From Vicinamibacteria bacterium (GTDB taxonomy: Bacteria; Acidobacteriota; Vicinamibacteria; Marinacidobacterales; Marinacidobacteraceae), in contig OY729431.1 in assembly GCA_963422395.1 (NCBI GenBank), forward strand, positions 1,696,001-1,760,000: DNA of 64,000 nt, given 5' to 3'. Below, piece after piece: positions 39,152 through 47,835 of this stretch. The number at the start of each line of letters is the position of its first letter. The stretch's first letter is position 1. The notes below the pieces were generated by a model. It ran no database searches. It saw only the letters and a list, made by a program, of their open reading frames with translations, and was not told the origin of the DNA. The position numbers and the translations under genes were made by a program.

Positions 39152-42100
39152 ATGAAACCTGCAGCTCGTCGGAAACCGTCGTTCCTGGGCGTCCTGCACC
39201 GGCTCACCGTCTTCGGACTGTTCCTCGCGGCGCTCCTGGAAACCGGGAATCGTCTGGCCCTTTTCCCGGGGCCGGCGATATGGCTTCTGGCTGCCGGCGC
39301 CGCGGCCGCCGGCGCGCTCCCCTTCTCCCGCAGAACCGCCGCGGGCCCGAGCGAACGGCGCATCGCCCTGGCACTCGCCGGCGCCGCGCTGGTCGCGTTC
39401 GGCTGCCGACTCTCCCTCGGCCTCGAGGCCGCGTCCGGGCCGGAATCGGCGGCGCGGGCTGCCGACCGGGTGGACGCCTGGTTCGCGGAAGTCACTCGAC
39501 AGATCGGGGACAGTGCCTATCTGCTCGCCAGGACGCCTCACATCGCCGCGGCGGTCGAGGGATCGGACGCCAGGGACTACCGGGCGCGGGCGTTCGCAGT
39601 GCTTTCCGAATGGCCGCTCGCGACCGGAATCGATCCGGCCGGCGGGATCGGCCGCGCCGGCGCCACGCTCTACGACCGGAACCTGCGCCCGATCGCCTGG
39701 TCAGGCGGAAATCCGGACCTGGAAGGCACACTCGCCGGGTTCTTCCCCGAGGGGGTCCGGGCTGAGGACTGCCCGGACCCCGCGTTCCCCCTGTTTCTCT
39801 ACACCGAACGGGGACGCCGCGGCTATCTGGCTGCCGCCGAGTGCACCCGCAACCTCCTGGGGCTGGTCACCGTCGAACTCCTGCTACTGGAGTCTCCGCC
39901 GCCCTCGTCCGGAGCGCCGGCGGTGTCCGCGCTCGAGACCGCCGCCCGCCGCGGGCTGGAGATCCAATTCCTCCGAGGCACCGAGGACCCGGAAGGCCTC
40001 GCGCAACTGTTCGAGCGGCGCGGCGAGCGGTTCGTCGAGGGTTCTGCCGAGGCCCGGCGCTACTTCTTCGCGCTCGACGCTTACGACGGCCAACTCCTCG
40101 GGGCCGCGAGTACGGCAGTGGCGCCAGCGGCGGCGCGGCGAGCCGAGCAGCGGGCGGAAGCCCGATGGGTCGCAGCGCTCGCGCTGCTGATCGGAGGAGG
40201 CGCCGCCGCTCCGGCGCTGTGGAAGACCGGCTTCGCCGGCGCACTCCTCGCTCTCTGGACCACGCGGTTAGGTTTGGCCGCACTGGCCCAGGCGCTCCCC
40301 GCCGGATTCGCTCCCTCGCTGCTCCTGCCTTCCGGAGCGCCGCGGATCGTTCCCTTTCCCGGCATTTCCCTCCCCGGCCTGCCCCTGCCCGATCTCTACC
40401 TGCTGGACGATTCGCCGCTCGGGGCGATGCTCACCGCGGCGGCGCTCTTCCTCACGGTGCGCCTCTTCCAGCAGTGGCATGGCGGGAAGCGGCGCGGCGG
40501 CCGGCCCGCTTCGATCCTGCGGGGGGCGGTTGCCGGCGCCGCCGCAGTCTGGGGCGCTGCCCTCGTCCGCGCCGCCGGCTCCGGCGCTCTCGTGCTCGCC
40601 CCCACCTGGCGGGTCGGGATCGGTTGGCCCGAGGTGCTCGGCTGGACCGCCCTGCTGCTCGCGCTGAGCGGAGCGGTGCTCCTCGTAGCCACCCTCCTCG
40701 CGCCCCGCGCCCCGGTTGCCTGGCCGGTCGTCCTCTCCGCCTTCGCGGTGGTCCTGGGGGCCGCGCTCTTCACCGAAGACGACTCGCTCGGGTTCGCCGC
40801 CCTCCCGCTGGTGGTGGTCCTGGTGGGGCTTGGGCGCCGCGGACGGCTCGCGCTGCGGCGGCTCCGGCGCCCCCTGCTGCGAGAAGAACCAGGGTTCGCC
40901 TTCGTGATCGCCTTCGCGCTGCTGGCCCTGCCCCCGCTCCTCTGGTACCCGGCGATGCACTGGAGCGAGGAAGCGGCGCTCGACCGCTATGCCGCCGACG
41001 CCGCACCGGTTCAGATCCGGCGCCACCGACTGGCGGTCTGCCATGCGCTCGGCGAGGCGGCCCGTGCGCTCGACACCCAGCCTTCGAATCTGGAACCTCT
41101 CCGGCCCGAGACCGCCTATCGACTCTGGCTTGCGACCGGTCTCGCCCGACTCACCGCAGCGAGCGCGCTCGAAGTGCGCGGACCTGGCGGAGGCGTGTCC
41201 CGCTTCGGCGTCGGCCTGTCCCGGCGGCCGGATCCTCCCCCTTCCGATCTCGCCGGCCTCGACTGGAGCCCGATCCCGGATTGCCAACGGGACGGCCCAT
41301 TCCGCGAGGACACGATCCTTTCCACCCAGCGGCGTTTCGCCTCGGGCTCCCGAGTGACTCTTCGGGCGGCGGTCCGCACTCGGGAGATTCCCTTCCTGCC
41401 GCAGCCGCCCGGCATCGCCGACCACTTCCTGAGCCGCGGCGACGCCGCCCCCGTGGTTTTCCAGGGGCGGGACCTCCGGCTGGCCCGCGGCGCTTCCGGA
41501 GAGCCGGCGCCGGGGCGAATCAGCGCAGAGGTCACGGTGGCCGGCGAACCCTTCCTCGTCTCCTGGCGCGCGACCCGGGCGGCCGACATCGCCGCGCGGC
41601 TGCTGGGCTGGGTGTTCCTCGCGGCGCTCGTCGCGCTCCTCGTCGCGCTCGCAGCGCGGCTCCGGCTGCTGGTTCCGGGACCGGGGGGCCGCGTGCGCCG
41701 CCGCAGCTTCCAGATGCAGCTCACCGAAACGCTGGCGACGGCGGTTCTCGTCGCCATCTTCGGGCTCGTGCTCTTCACCCAGCAGCGTCTCTCCGGTCTG
41801 CTCGAAGCGGCGAGCGACCGCGAAGCGCTCGATCGTTCCCGCGCGGTTCAGCGAGTGGCCGGAGAGCTGGGAGGGCTCGACTTCGCCGCCACCCCGGAAG
41901 AGCTCGCCTCGCGGCTCGCCCACGCCGCGGACCAGCTCGACACCGACGCCGCGCTCTATGCCGGGGGAGGGCTGATCGCGGTGAGCCGTCCCGAGCTGGT
42001 CCAGACCGGCCTCCTGCCTCCGCGGCCGCCGCCCGTTGCGGTGGGAGGGCGGCCGCCGCGGGCCCCGGTGTTCAGCTTCCAGGAAGCGAAGCCGCTCCGC

Positions 42101-43165
42101 TACCGAATCCTCTGGACCCCGCTCGGCCGGAGCCTGCCCTCCGGCGGCGCTCTGCTCCTCGCGGTCCCGCTCCCCGCCGACGAAGCCGAGCGCATCGAAA
42201 GCGTCCGGACACTCCAGCGAGCCCTGTTCTTCGGCAGCGGTTCCGTGGCGCTGGTCTTCGCCATCCTGCTGCCCGGCTTCCTCGCCCGGCGGCTCGCCGC
42301 GCCGGTGCGGAGCCTCGCGCGCGCCACCGGCCGCATCGCCGACGGCGAACTCGCCACCCCGGTCCCGGTTCCCGGCGCGCTCGCCGAGCTGCGATTGCTG
42401 GCCGCGAGCGTGGAACGGCTCGTCCGCCGAGTGCCCAGCGTCCGGCGGCGGATGCGCGAGGAGGCCGCTGCCGACCTCACCCGCCGGGTCGCCCACGACA
42501 TCAAGAACGCCCTGGCCCCCATCGGCCTGGCCGCGGACTACATCCGCAAGGTGCAGCGCGACCCGCGCGGCCGCGACCCCGCGGCCGCGGTGGAGGAAGG
42601 CGTCACCGAGATCCTCGGCCAGGTAGAACGCCTCCGCCGCATCTCCTCGGAGTTTTCCGCTCTGGGCGCGCCCCTGCGGATCGAGACCGTGGATCCGGCG
42701 AAGCTGGTCCGGGACACGGTCGCTCCCTATCTGCGCGCTGCAACCGGACCCCAGGTGTCCTTCAGCGCCGTCGGGTCCCGACCCATCCAGGCGGACGCGG
42801 AACTCGTCGCCCGGATCGTGGAGAACCTTCTCCAAAATGCCCTCGAAGCCGCCTTCGACGCGCCCCGGGACGACGGCGCCGAAGGCGCCATCGCGGTCCG
42901 GATGATCGGAGCGGACGGTTCGCCCTGGATACGGATCGAAGTCGAGGACGACGGGCCGGGCGTCTCTCCCGAACTCCGCGAGCGGATCTTCGACGCGGCG
43001 TTCTCAACCAGGACACGCGGCTCCGGCCTCGGGCTCGCGAACGCGCGCCGGTTCGCCGAAGCGCACCGCGGGCGCCTGATCGCCGGCCCCCGTCCCGACG
43101 GCGGGCGCGGCCTGCTCCTGACCCTGCAGCTCCCGGTCACGGGGTCGAGAGCCCCCGGCTCGTGA
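39152..43165 (+). CDS. Large multi-pass membrane sensor histidine kinase (HAMP-HisKA-HATPase, NtrY-like C-terminus)
   Basis: Many TM segments; HAMP (LAAPVRSLARATGRIADGEL); H-box VAHDIKNALAPI; ENLLQNA, DDGPG, GSGLGL. Confidence 0.9.
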   Translation: MKPAARRKPSFLGVLHRLTVFGLFLAALLETGNRLALFPGPAIWLLAAGAAAAGALPFSRRTAAGPSERRIALALAGAALVAFGCRLSLGLEAASGPESAARAADRVDAWFAEVTRQIGDSAYLLARTPHIAAAVEGSDARDYRARAFAVLSEWPLATGIDPAGGIGRAGATLYDRNLRPIAWSGGNPDLEGTLAGFFPEGVRAEDCPDPAFPLFLYTERGRRGYLAAAECTRNLLGLVTVELLLLESPPPSSGAPAVSALETAARRGLEIQFLRGTEDPEGLAQLFERRGERFVEGSAEARRYFFALDAYDGQLLGAASTAVAPAAARRAEQRAEARWVAALALLIGGGAAAPALWKTGFAGALLALWTTRLGLAALAQALPAGFAPSLLLPSGAPRIVPFPGISLPGLPLPDLYLLDDSPLGAMLTAAALFLTVRLFQQWHGGKRRGGRPASILRGAVAGAAAVWGAALVRAAGSGALVLAPTWRVGIGWPEVLGWTALLLALSGAVLLVATLLAPRAPVAWPVVLSAFAVVLGAALFTEDDSLGFAALPLVVVLVGLGRRGRLALRRLRRPLLREEPGFAFVIAFALLALPPLLWYPAMHWSEEAALDRYAADAAPVQIRRHRLAVCHALGEAARALDTQPSNLEPLRPETAYRLWLATGLARLTAASALEVRGPGGGVSRFGVGLSRRPDPPPSDLAGLDWSPIPDCQRDGPFREDTILSTQRRFASGSRVTLRAAVRTREIPFLPQPPGIADHFLSRGDAAPVVFQGRDLRLARGASGEPAPGRISAEVTVAGEPFLVSWRATRAADIAARLLGWVFLAALVALLVALAARLRLLVPGPGGRVRRRSFQMQLTETLATAVLVAIFGLVLFTQQRLSGLLEAASDREALDRSRAVQRVAGELGGLDFAATPEELASRLAHAADQLDTDAALYAGGGLIAVSRPELVQTGLLPPRPPPVAVGGRPPRAPVFSFQEAKPLRYRILWTPLGRSLPSGGALLLAVPLPADEAERIESVRTLQRALFFGSGSVALVFAILLPGFLARRLAAPVRSLARATGRIADGELATPVPVPGALAELRLLAASVERLVRRVPSVRRRMREEAAADLTRRVAHDIKNALAPIGLAADYIRKVQRDPRGRDPAAAVEEGVTEILGQVERLRRISSEFSALGAPLRIETVDPAKLVRDTVAPYLRAATGPQVSFSAVGSRPIQADAELVARIVENLLQNALEAAFDAPRDDGAEGAIAVRMIGADGSPWIRIEVEDDGPGVSPELRERIFDAAFSTRTRGSGLGLANARRFAEAHRGRLIAGPRPDGGRGLLLTLQLPVTGSRAPGS

Positions 43166-43190
43166 CCGGGGCGCCCGGAGGATCACGCCG

Positions 43191-43757
43191 ATGACGAACC
43201 TTCCGATATCGGATCGACGGCGCCCGGCGCGGTTTCTCGCTGAGCTGACAGCACTCGTTTTCGCTGTCGCGGGGAGCGGTTGTACGCCGGCGGCGGCGCC
43301 GCCGGCGGATCTCGACGAAGCGCTCGGGCTGGTCCGGCTGGCGTTCGAGGCCGGAGATCCGCACCACCTGGAGCCGCTCTATCCGTCGGGCTGGGCGCTC
43401 GTGTCGCTCTCCGGCGAACCCCGGCGGAGCGTCACCGGCGCCGAGCTGGAACGGCTGCTCGCCCGGATGTTCCGAAGCCGCGCACCCGTTGCCTACGACG
43501 AGCGCCCAAGGTCCATCCTCCGCTCGCGGGACGGTGCCTACGCCCTCTTCGCCCCCGAGTGGTCCAGCATGGTCCTGGGTACCGACCGGCTGATCGTCGA
43601 ACTCTTCCGCATCGGCCTCGAACGCGCCTCCGCCGAGGAATCCGCCGCCGATCCGCCTCCCGCCGCCCGGTCCGACGCTGAAGGATTCTCCGACGAGGAG
43701 TCGGCTGTCGGGCGGACCGGCTGGCAGATCCGCGAATTCACCGTCCGCACCCGCTGA
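43191..43757 (+). CDS. Hypothetical lipoprotein
   Basis: Lipobox-like AGSGC after a hydrophobic stretch; GGAGG RBS; fills the gap after the kinase. Confidence 0.6.
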   Translation: MTNLPISDRRRPARFLAELTALVFAVAGSGCTPAAAPPADLDEALGLVRLAFEAGDPHHLEPLYPSGWALVSLSGEPRRSVTGAELERLLARMFRSRAPVAYDERPRSILRSRDGAYALFAPEWSSMVLGTDRLIVELFRIGLERASAEESAADPPPAARSDAEGFSDEESAVGRTGWQIREFTVRTR

Positions 43758-43768
43758 CTGCCGCAACC

Positions 43769-43892
43769 GCCTGTGGATGAAGCGGCGCATCGCCCGGAGA
43801 GCGGTCCAGTTCTCCCGGTATGCCTCCCGATTCGCGCCTTGTCTGCCAGGCGCCTCCCCGGTCTCGGTGCTCGCGCCACTTCATCCACAGGC
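43769..43892. mobile_element. Second, shorter copy of the MITE-like element
   Basis: TIR GCCTGTGGATGAAG...CTTCATCCACAGGC; internal ACAAGGCGCGA.TCGGGAGGCATACCGGG shared with 10598-10784 on the opposite strand. Confidence 0.75.
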
Positions 43893-43899
43893 TGCTAAC

Positions 43900-44931
43900 A
43901 GTGACCTTGCGGTAGGTTGTTCACGCGAGCCCGATGCCCGAAGCTCATGGGCATCCACGATCTCTCAGCATGAGGAGGAACCCGCATGAACATCCACAAG
44001 TCGGCCAAACTGACCCCACTCGGTCGAGAGATCCTGGTTCGCCGCATCACCGAGGAAGGCCTCCGCGTCGAGGCGGCGGCCCAGGCCTCGGGGGTGAGCG
44101 TGCGCACCGCATACAAGTGGCTCGCCCGCTGGCGCGAGGAGGGCCTGCCGGGCCTCGGGGACCGCTCCTCGCGCCCGCATCGCTGCCCCCACCGCACCAG
44201 CGAGGCGCGGCGCACCCGAGTCGTCGAACTGCGGCGCGAGCGCCGCACCTACCACGACATCAGCCAGCAGCTCGGCATCTCCCCCAGCACCGTGGGGCGC
44301 ATCGCCCAGCGCGCCGGGGTCAACCGCCTCTCCCAGCTCGAACCACCCCCGCCCCCCAACCGCTATGTCTATCCAGATCCCGGGGGCCTCCTCCACCTCG
44401 ACATCAAGAAACTCGGGCGCTTCCGGCGCCCCGGACACCGCGCCACCGGAAACCGCCGCTCCACCAGCCCCCGCGCCGGCTGGGAGTTCGTCCATGTCTG
44501 CGTGGACGACCACTCCCGCCTCGCTTTCTCCAAAATCCTCCCCGACGAATCCGCCCATAGCGCCGCCGCCTTCCTCACCGACGCACTCGCCTACTTCCAA
44601 AGCCTCGCTATCCCCGTGCAACGCCTCCTCACCGACAATGGCGGCTGCTACCGCTCCCGCCTCTTCAACGCACGATGCCAACAGGCAGGCATCCGCCACC
44701 TCTACACCCGTCCCTTCACCCCCCGAACCAACGGAAAAGCCGAGCGCTTCATCCAAACCGTTCTCAGAGAATGGGCCTACGCACACACCTACCAGAGCTC
44801 CGACCAGCGCGCCGCCCAACTGCCCGCCTGGCTCCACCGATACAACTGGCACCGGCCTCACACCAGCCTCCATCACCGACCCCCCATCCAGGCGCTCGAC
44901 TCCCCCCTCAACAACCTGGTGAGCTTGCACA
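43900..44931 (+). mobile_element. IS481-family insertion sequence
   Basis: About 1.03 kb; imperfect IRs sharing AGGTTGTT; right end ...CACA followed by GCTAGA, left flank GCTAAC (IS481 targets NCTAGN); transposase stop TAG lies in the target site. Confidence 0.85.
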
Positions 44932-44936
44932 GCTAG
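43986..44936 (+). CDS. IS481-family DDE transposase
   Basis: MNIHKSAKLTP, HLDIKKLG, VDDHSR, TDNG, PRTNGKAERFIQT, YNWHRPH. Confidence 0.96.
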   Translation: MNIHKSAKLTPLGREILVRRITEEGLRVEAAAQASGVSVRTAYKWLARWREEGLPGLGDRSSRPHRCPHRTSEARRTRVVELRRERRTYHDISQQLGISPSTVGRIAQRAGVNRLSQLEPPPPPNRYVYPDPGGLLHLDIKKLGRFRRPGHRATGNRRSTSPRAGWEFVHVCVDDHSRLAFSKILPDESAHSAAAFLTDALAYFQSLAIPVQRLLTDNGGCYRSRLFNARCQQAGIRHLYTRPFTPRTNGKAERFIQTVLREWAYAHTYQSSDQRAAQLPAWLHRYNWHRPHTSLHHRPPIQALDSPLNNLVSLHS

Positions 44937-44944
44937 AAGGGCGA

Positions 44945-45733
44945 CTAGTCCGGGTCGGGAGTAGCGGGGGTCGGGCGGGAGTCCTCGCCGCCTTCGGAGA
45001 TGGGAGCGCGGAAACGGCGGCCCGCCTGCCGGAAGATGAGGAACACCGGAGAGACCGCATAGGCGCCGGCGAGGAAGATGAACATCGCCACCGGCTCGGC
45101 GATCGTGGCGACGATGAAGACCGCCACCACCACGAGGGTGCGGTGCGACTGCGGACGGCGGCCGGTCATCCCCTTGAAGCTCGGATAGCGCACCGGGCTG
45201 TTCATGAGGAGCGCCACGGCGAGGGTTCCGAACAGGGAGGCGGCGGCGGCGATTTCGCCCACCGGAGTTTCGGGATGCCAATAGACGACCGCGCCGACGA
45301 GCGCAGCGGCGGCAGGACTCGACATTCCCGAGTAGAAACCGGGATCGGCGCTCAGTCGGCCGACATTGAACCGCGCCAGCCGCACTGCGGCGCAGACGGC
45401 GAAGAGCGCCGCGACCAGCCAGCCGGTCTGCGGCCAGCGGTGGAGTACCCAGGCGTAGGACAGGACCGCGGGCGCCACCCCGAAGGAACTCATGTCGGCG
45501 AGCGAATCCAGTTCGCGGCCGAAGTCGCTGGCGGCGGCGGCGAAGCGGGCGACTCGTCCATCCACCAGATCGGCCAGGATGGCGAAGCCGATGGCGAGCG
45601 CTGCGCCCGCGAACTCGCCCCGCAGACTCTGGACGATGGAAAAGAATCCGAAGAAGATGTTCGCGACGGTGAACAGCGCCGGCAGCAGGAAGACCCCCCG
45701 CCGGGTTCGCAGATTCTCTTTCTCTCGTCTCAT
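44945..45733 (-). CDS. pssA: CDP-diacylglycerol--serine O-phosphatidyltransferase
   Basis: LLPALFTVAN, DLVDGRVAR...FGRELDSLAD, RLARFN; translationally coupled to psd. Confidence 0.92.
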   Translation of the reverse strand: MRREKENLRTRRGVFLLPALFTVANIFFGFFSIVQSLRGEFAGAALAIGFAILADLVDGRVARFAAAASDFGRELDSLADMSSFGVAPAVLSYAWVLHRWPQTGWLVAALFAVCAAVRLARFNVGRLSADPGFYSGMSSPAAAALVGAVVYWHPETPVGEIAAAASLFGTLAVALLMNSPVRYPSFKGMTGRRPQSHRTLVVVAVFIVATIAEPVAMFIFLAGAYAVSPVFLIFRQAGRRFRAPISEGGEDSRPTPATPDPD

Positions 45734-46449
45734 CGGAATCGGGCGATCACCGTCTCGCCGCCCCGGACCCGGTCCCCCGCGCGAACCAGCACCTCGACCC
45801 CGGGCGGGAGCAGGACGTCGGTCCGCGAACCGAAGCGGATCAGGCCGAAACGCTCGCCGGCGGCCAGCCGGTGCCCGGGCCGGGCGCGGCAGACGATCCG
45901 GCGGGCGAGCACGCCGGCGATCTGATGGATCCGCATCGTCCCGCGCGCGGTGCGCAGCTCCAGCTCGTTCCTCTCGTTCCTCGCCGCGGCGTCCCCGCGA
46001 AACGCCGCCCGGAATTCTCCCTCGCGATAGCGCACCGCTTCCACCCGTCCCGCGGTGGGGGACCGGTTGATGTGCACATCGAAAACCGAAAGGAAGATGC
46101 TCACCCGGCGGGTTTCCGGGTTCCCTTCCCCGGCGGAGCCGACCTCGGTGACGCGCCCGTCTGCGGGAGCGACGAGCGCTGCCGGATCCTCCGGAGGACG
46201 GCGTTCCGGGTCGCGGAAGAAGAACCCGCAAAAACCCGCGAGAACGAGAAAGGCCGCACCGGTCCAGCCGGCCGCCGCCGACCCGAAGAGCCCGGCGCCG
46301 GCGAACGAAACCGCCGCTGCCCCCAGGGGCGTCAGGATGAAGACCCAGCCCTCGTCGGCAATCGGGAGCCTTCGGGGCGGGAATCCCGAAAGCACCCCTT
46401 CGCGCTCCCCCTTTCGGCGGCGCGCCGCCGGAAGGCGCCCGGTCACCAC
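45730..46449 (-). CDS. psd: Phosphatidylserine decarboxylase proenzyme
   Basis: FFRDPER, APADGRV, IFLSVFDVHINRSP, NERN, IRFGSRTD (self-cleavage GS). Start uncertain. Confidence 0.93.
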   Translation of the reverse strand: MVTGRLPAARRRKGEREGVLSGFPPRRLPIADEGWVFILTPLGAAAVSFAGAGLFGSAAAGWTGAAFLVLAGFCGFFFRDPERRPPEDPAALVAPADGRVTEVGSAGEGNPETRRVSIFLSVFDVHINRSPTAGRVEAVRYREGEFRAAFRGDAAARNERNELELRTARGTMRIHQIAGVLARRIVCRARPGHRLAAGERFGLIRFGSRTDVLLPPGVEVLVRAGDRVRGGETVIARFR

Positions 46450-46459
46450 GAACGGAGGA

Positions 46460-46732
46460 TCAGGAGGATGCGCCGAGCGCGGTGATCCGATCCTTGAGGG
46501 CCAGCTTGCGCTTCTTCATCACTGCGGCTTCGTGCTCTTCCGCCGGAGTCAAGCGGCCGGCGGCGGCGAACTCTCGCAACCGGTCGTCCAGTTCGCGGTG
46601 TTGCCGGATCAATTCCTCGACCCCGGAACGGTCTTCCGACGGGCCGGCAGCGGCTCCGGAAGGCGACTCGAGAATCGGCCCGGAACCGGCTGCGGATCGA
46701 GGATCGGTTTCCAGCGGCTCTTCTATCGTCAT
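46460..46732 (-). CDS. DUF465/YdcH family small protein
   Basis: LIRQHRELDDRL...MKKRKLALKDRI; GGAGG RBS. Confidence 0.85.
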   Translation of the reverse strand: MTIEEPLETDPRSAAGSGPILESPSGAAAGPSEDRSGVEELIRQHRELDDRLREFAAAGRLTPAEEHEAAVMKKRKLALKDRITALGASS

Positions 46733-46920
46733 GAACGCCTCCCGTTCGTCTCGTGGTCGTCTCTGGCATCCGGGACGGCGGCGGCTCCGGGAGCAATCAC
46801 CACAGGATCGATGCCGTAGCGTAGCCGAACCCCGGCCCGGCTCCCCACTTCGGCCGCCCCGTACACCCGAGTCGCCGCAACCGGCCGAAACCGACGAGGG
46901 ATACCGGCTCGCGGCGTACG

Positions 46921-47739
46921 ATGCCCGCCGTGTCAGCCGAAGAGAACGCGCCCGCGCCGGAAGGTGCCGCGGCGGCGGGGCCGGTGCTCGCCCTCGACAC
47001 CACCGGCGCGCTCGGCAGCGTAGCGGTCTGGTTCACCGGTTCGGAGTCGGGGGCGGACGCCGCAGTCGTCGAGACCTTCGGGCCATCGAACCGCCACGCG
47101 GCGCAACTGCTCCCCGCGATCCGACGGGCGCTCGACCGCGCGGGGGTCGGCCCGGGGGATCTGCTGCTCCTCGCCGCGACCCGCGGCCCCGGATCCTTCA
47201 CCGGCCTCCGGGTGGGTCTCGCGACGGTTCAGGGGCTTTCGCTCGGCTCCGGAATTCCGGCGGTGGGGGTGTCGAGCCTCGACGCGGCCGCACTCGCCGA
47301 CCATCTCGAAAGCGCTCTGCCCAACGACCGATCCACTCCCCGACTTTCCACGGTGGACGCGCTCCGGGGGGAACTCTTCGCCGCGGCCTACGAACGGCCG
47401 GACTCGCCCGCGGCGGCGGGGCCGGTTCGACTCGCACCGCGGGAAGCGGGACGGTGGGCGCGGGAGCGGAATCTGGGGCGGATCTGCGGACCCGGCGCGG
47501 CCCGCTATCGCGAGGAGATCGCCGCGGGAATCGGCAGCGGGACTCCGAGGGCAGCGGCCGGCGGCATGGGGGACGATCGAGAGCACGACGAGTTCGGAAA
47601 CCGCCCCCCCGGCATCACGATCGCCAGCGATCCGATTCCGCTCGCACCGGCGGCAGCCCGGCTCGGCTTCCATGCCTTTCGCCGCGGCGTCTCCGACCTC
47701 TCCCCCCTCTATCTGCGCGACCCCGACATCCACCGCTGA
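46921..47739 (+). CDS. tsaB: tRNA threonylcarbamoyladenosine biosynthesis protein TsaB
   Basis: VLALDTT, RGPGSFTGLRVG, VGVSSL, DALRGE, PLYLR. Confidence 0.92.
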   Translation: MPAVSAEENAPAPEGAAAAGPVLALDTTGALGSVAVWFTGSESGADAAVVETFGPSNRHAAQLLPAIRRALDRAGVGPGDLLLLAATRGPGSFTGLRVGLATVQGLSLGSGIPAVGVSSLDAAALADHLESALPNDRSTPRLSTVDALRGELFAAAYERPDSPAAAGPVRLAPREAGRWARERNLGRICGPGAARYREEIAAGIGSGTPRAAAGGMGDDREHDEFGNRPPGITIASDPIPLAPAAARLGFHAFRRGVSDLSPLYLRDPDIHR

Positions 47740-47835
47740 CGAAAGGCCCGCCCTATCCACCCCGCGGCGGCGGCGAACCAGCCGCCGGTCGGGACCACCA
47801 GCTCCCGAGGGGAATCCCCGGATAGCATCGGCTTC

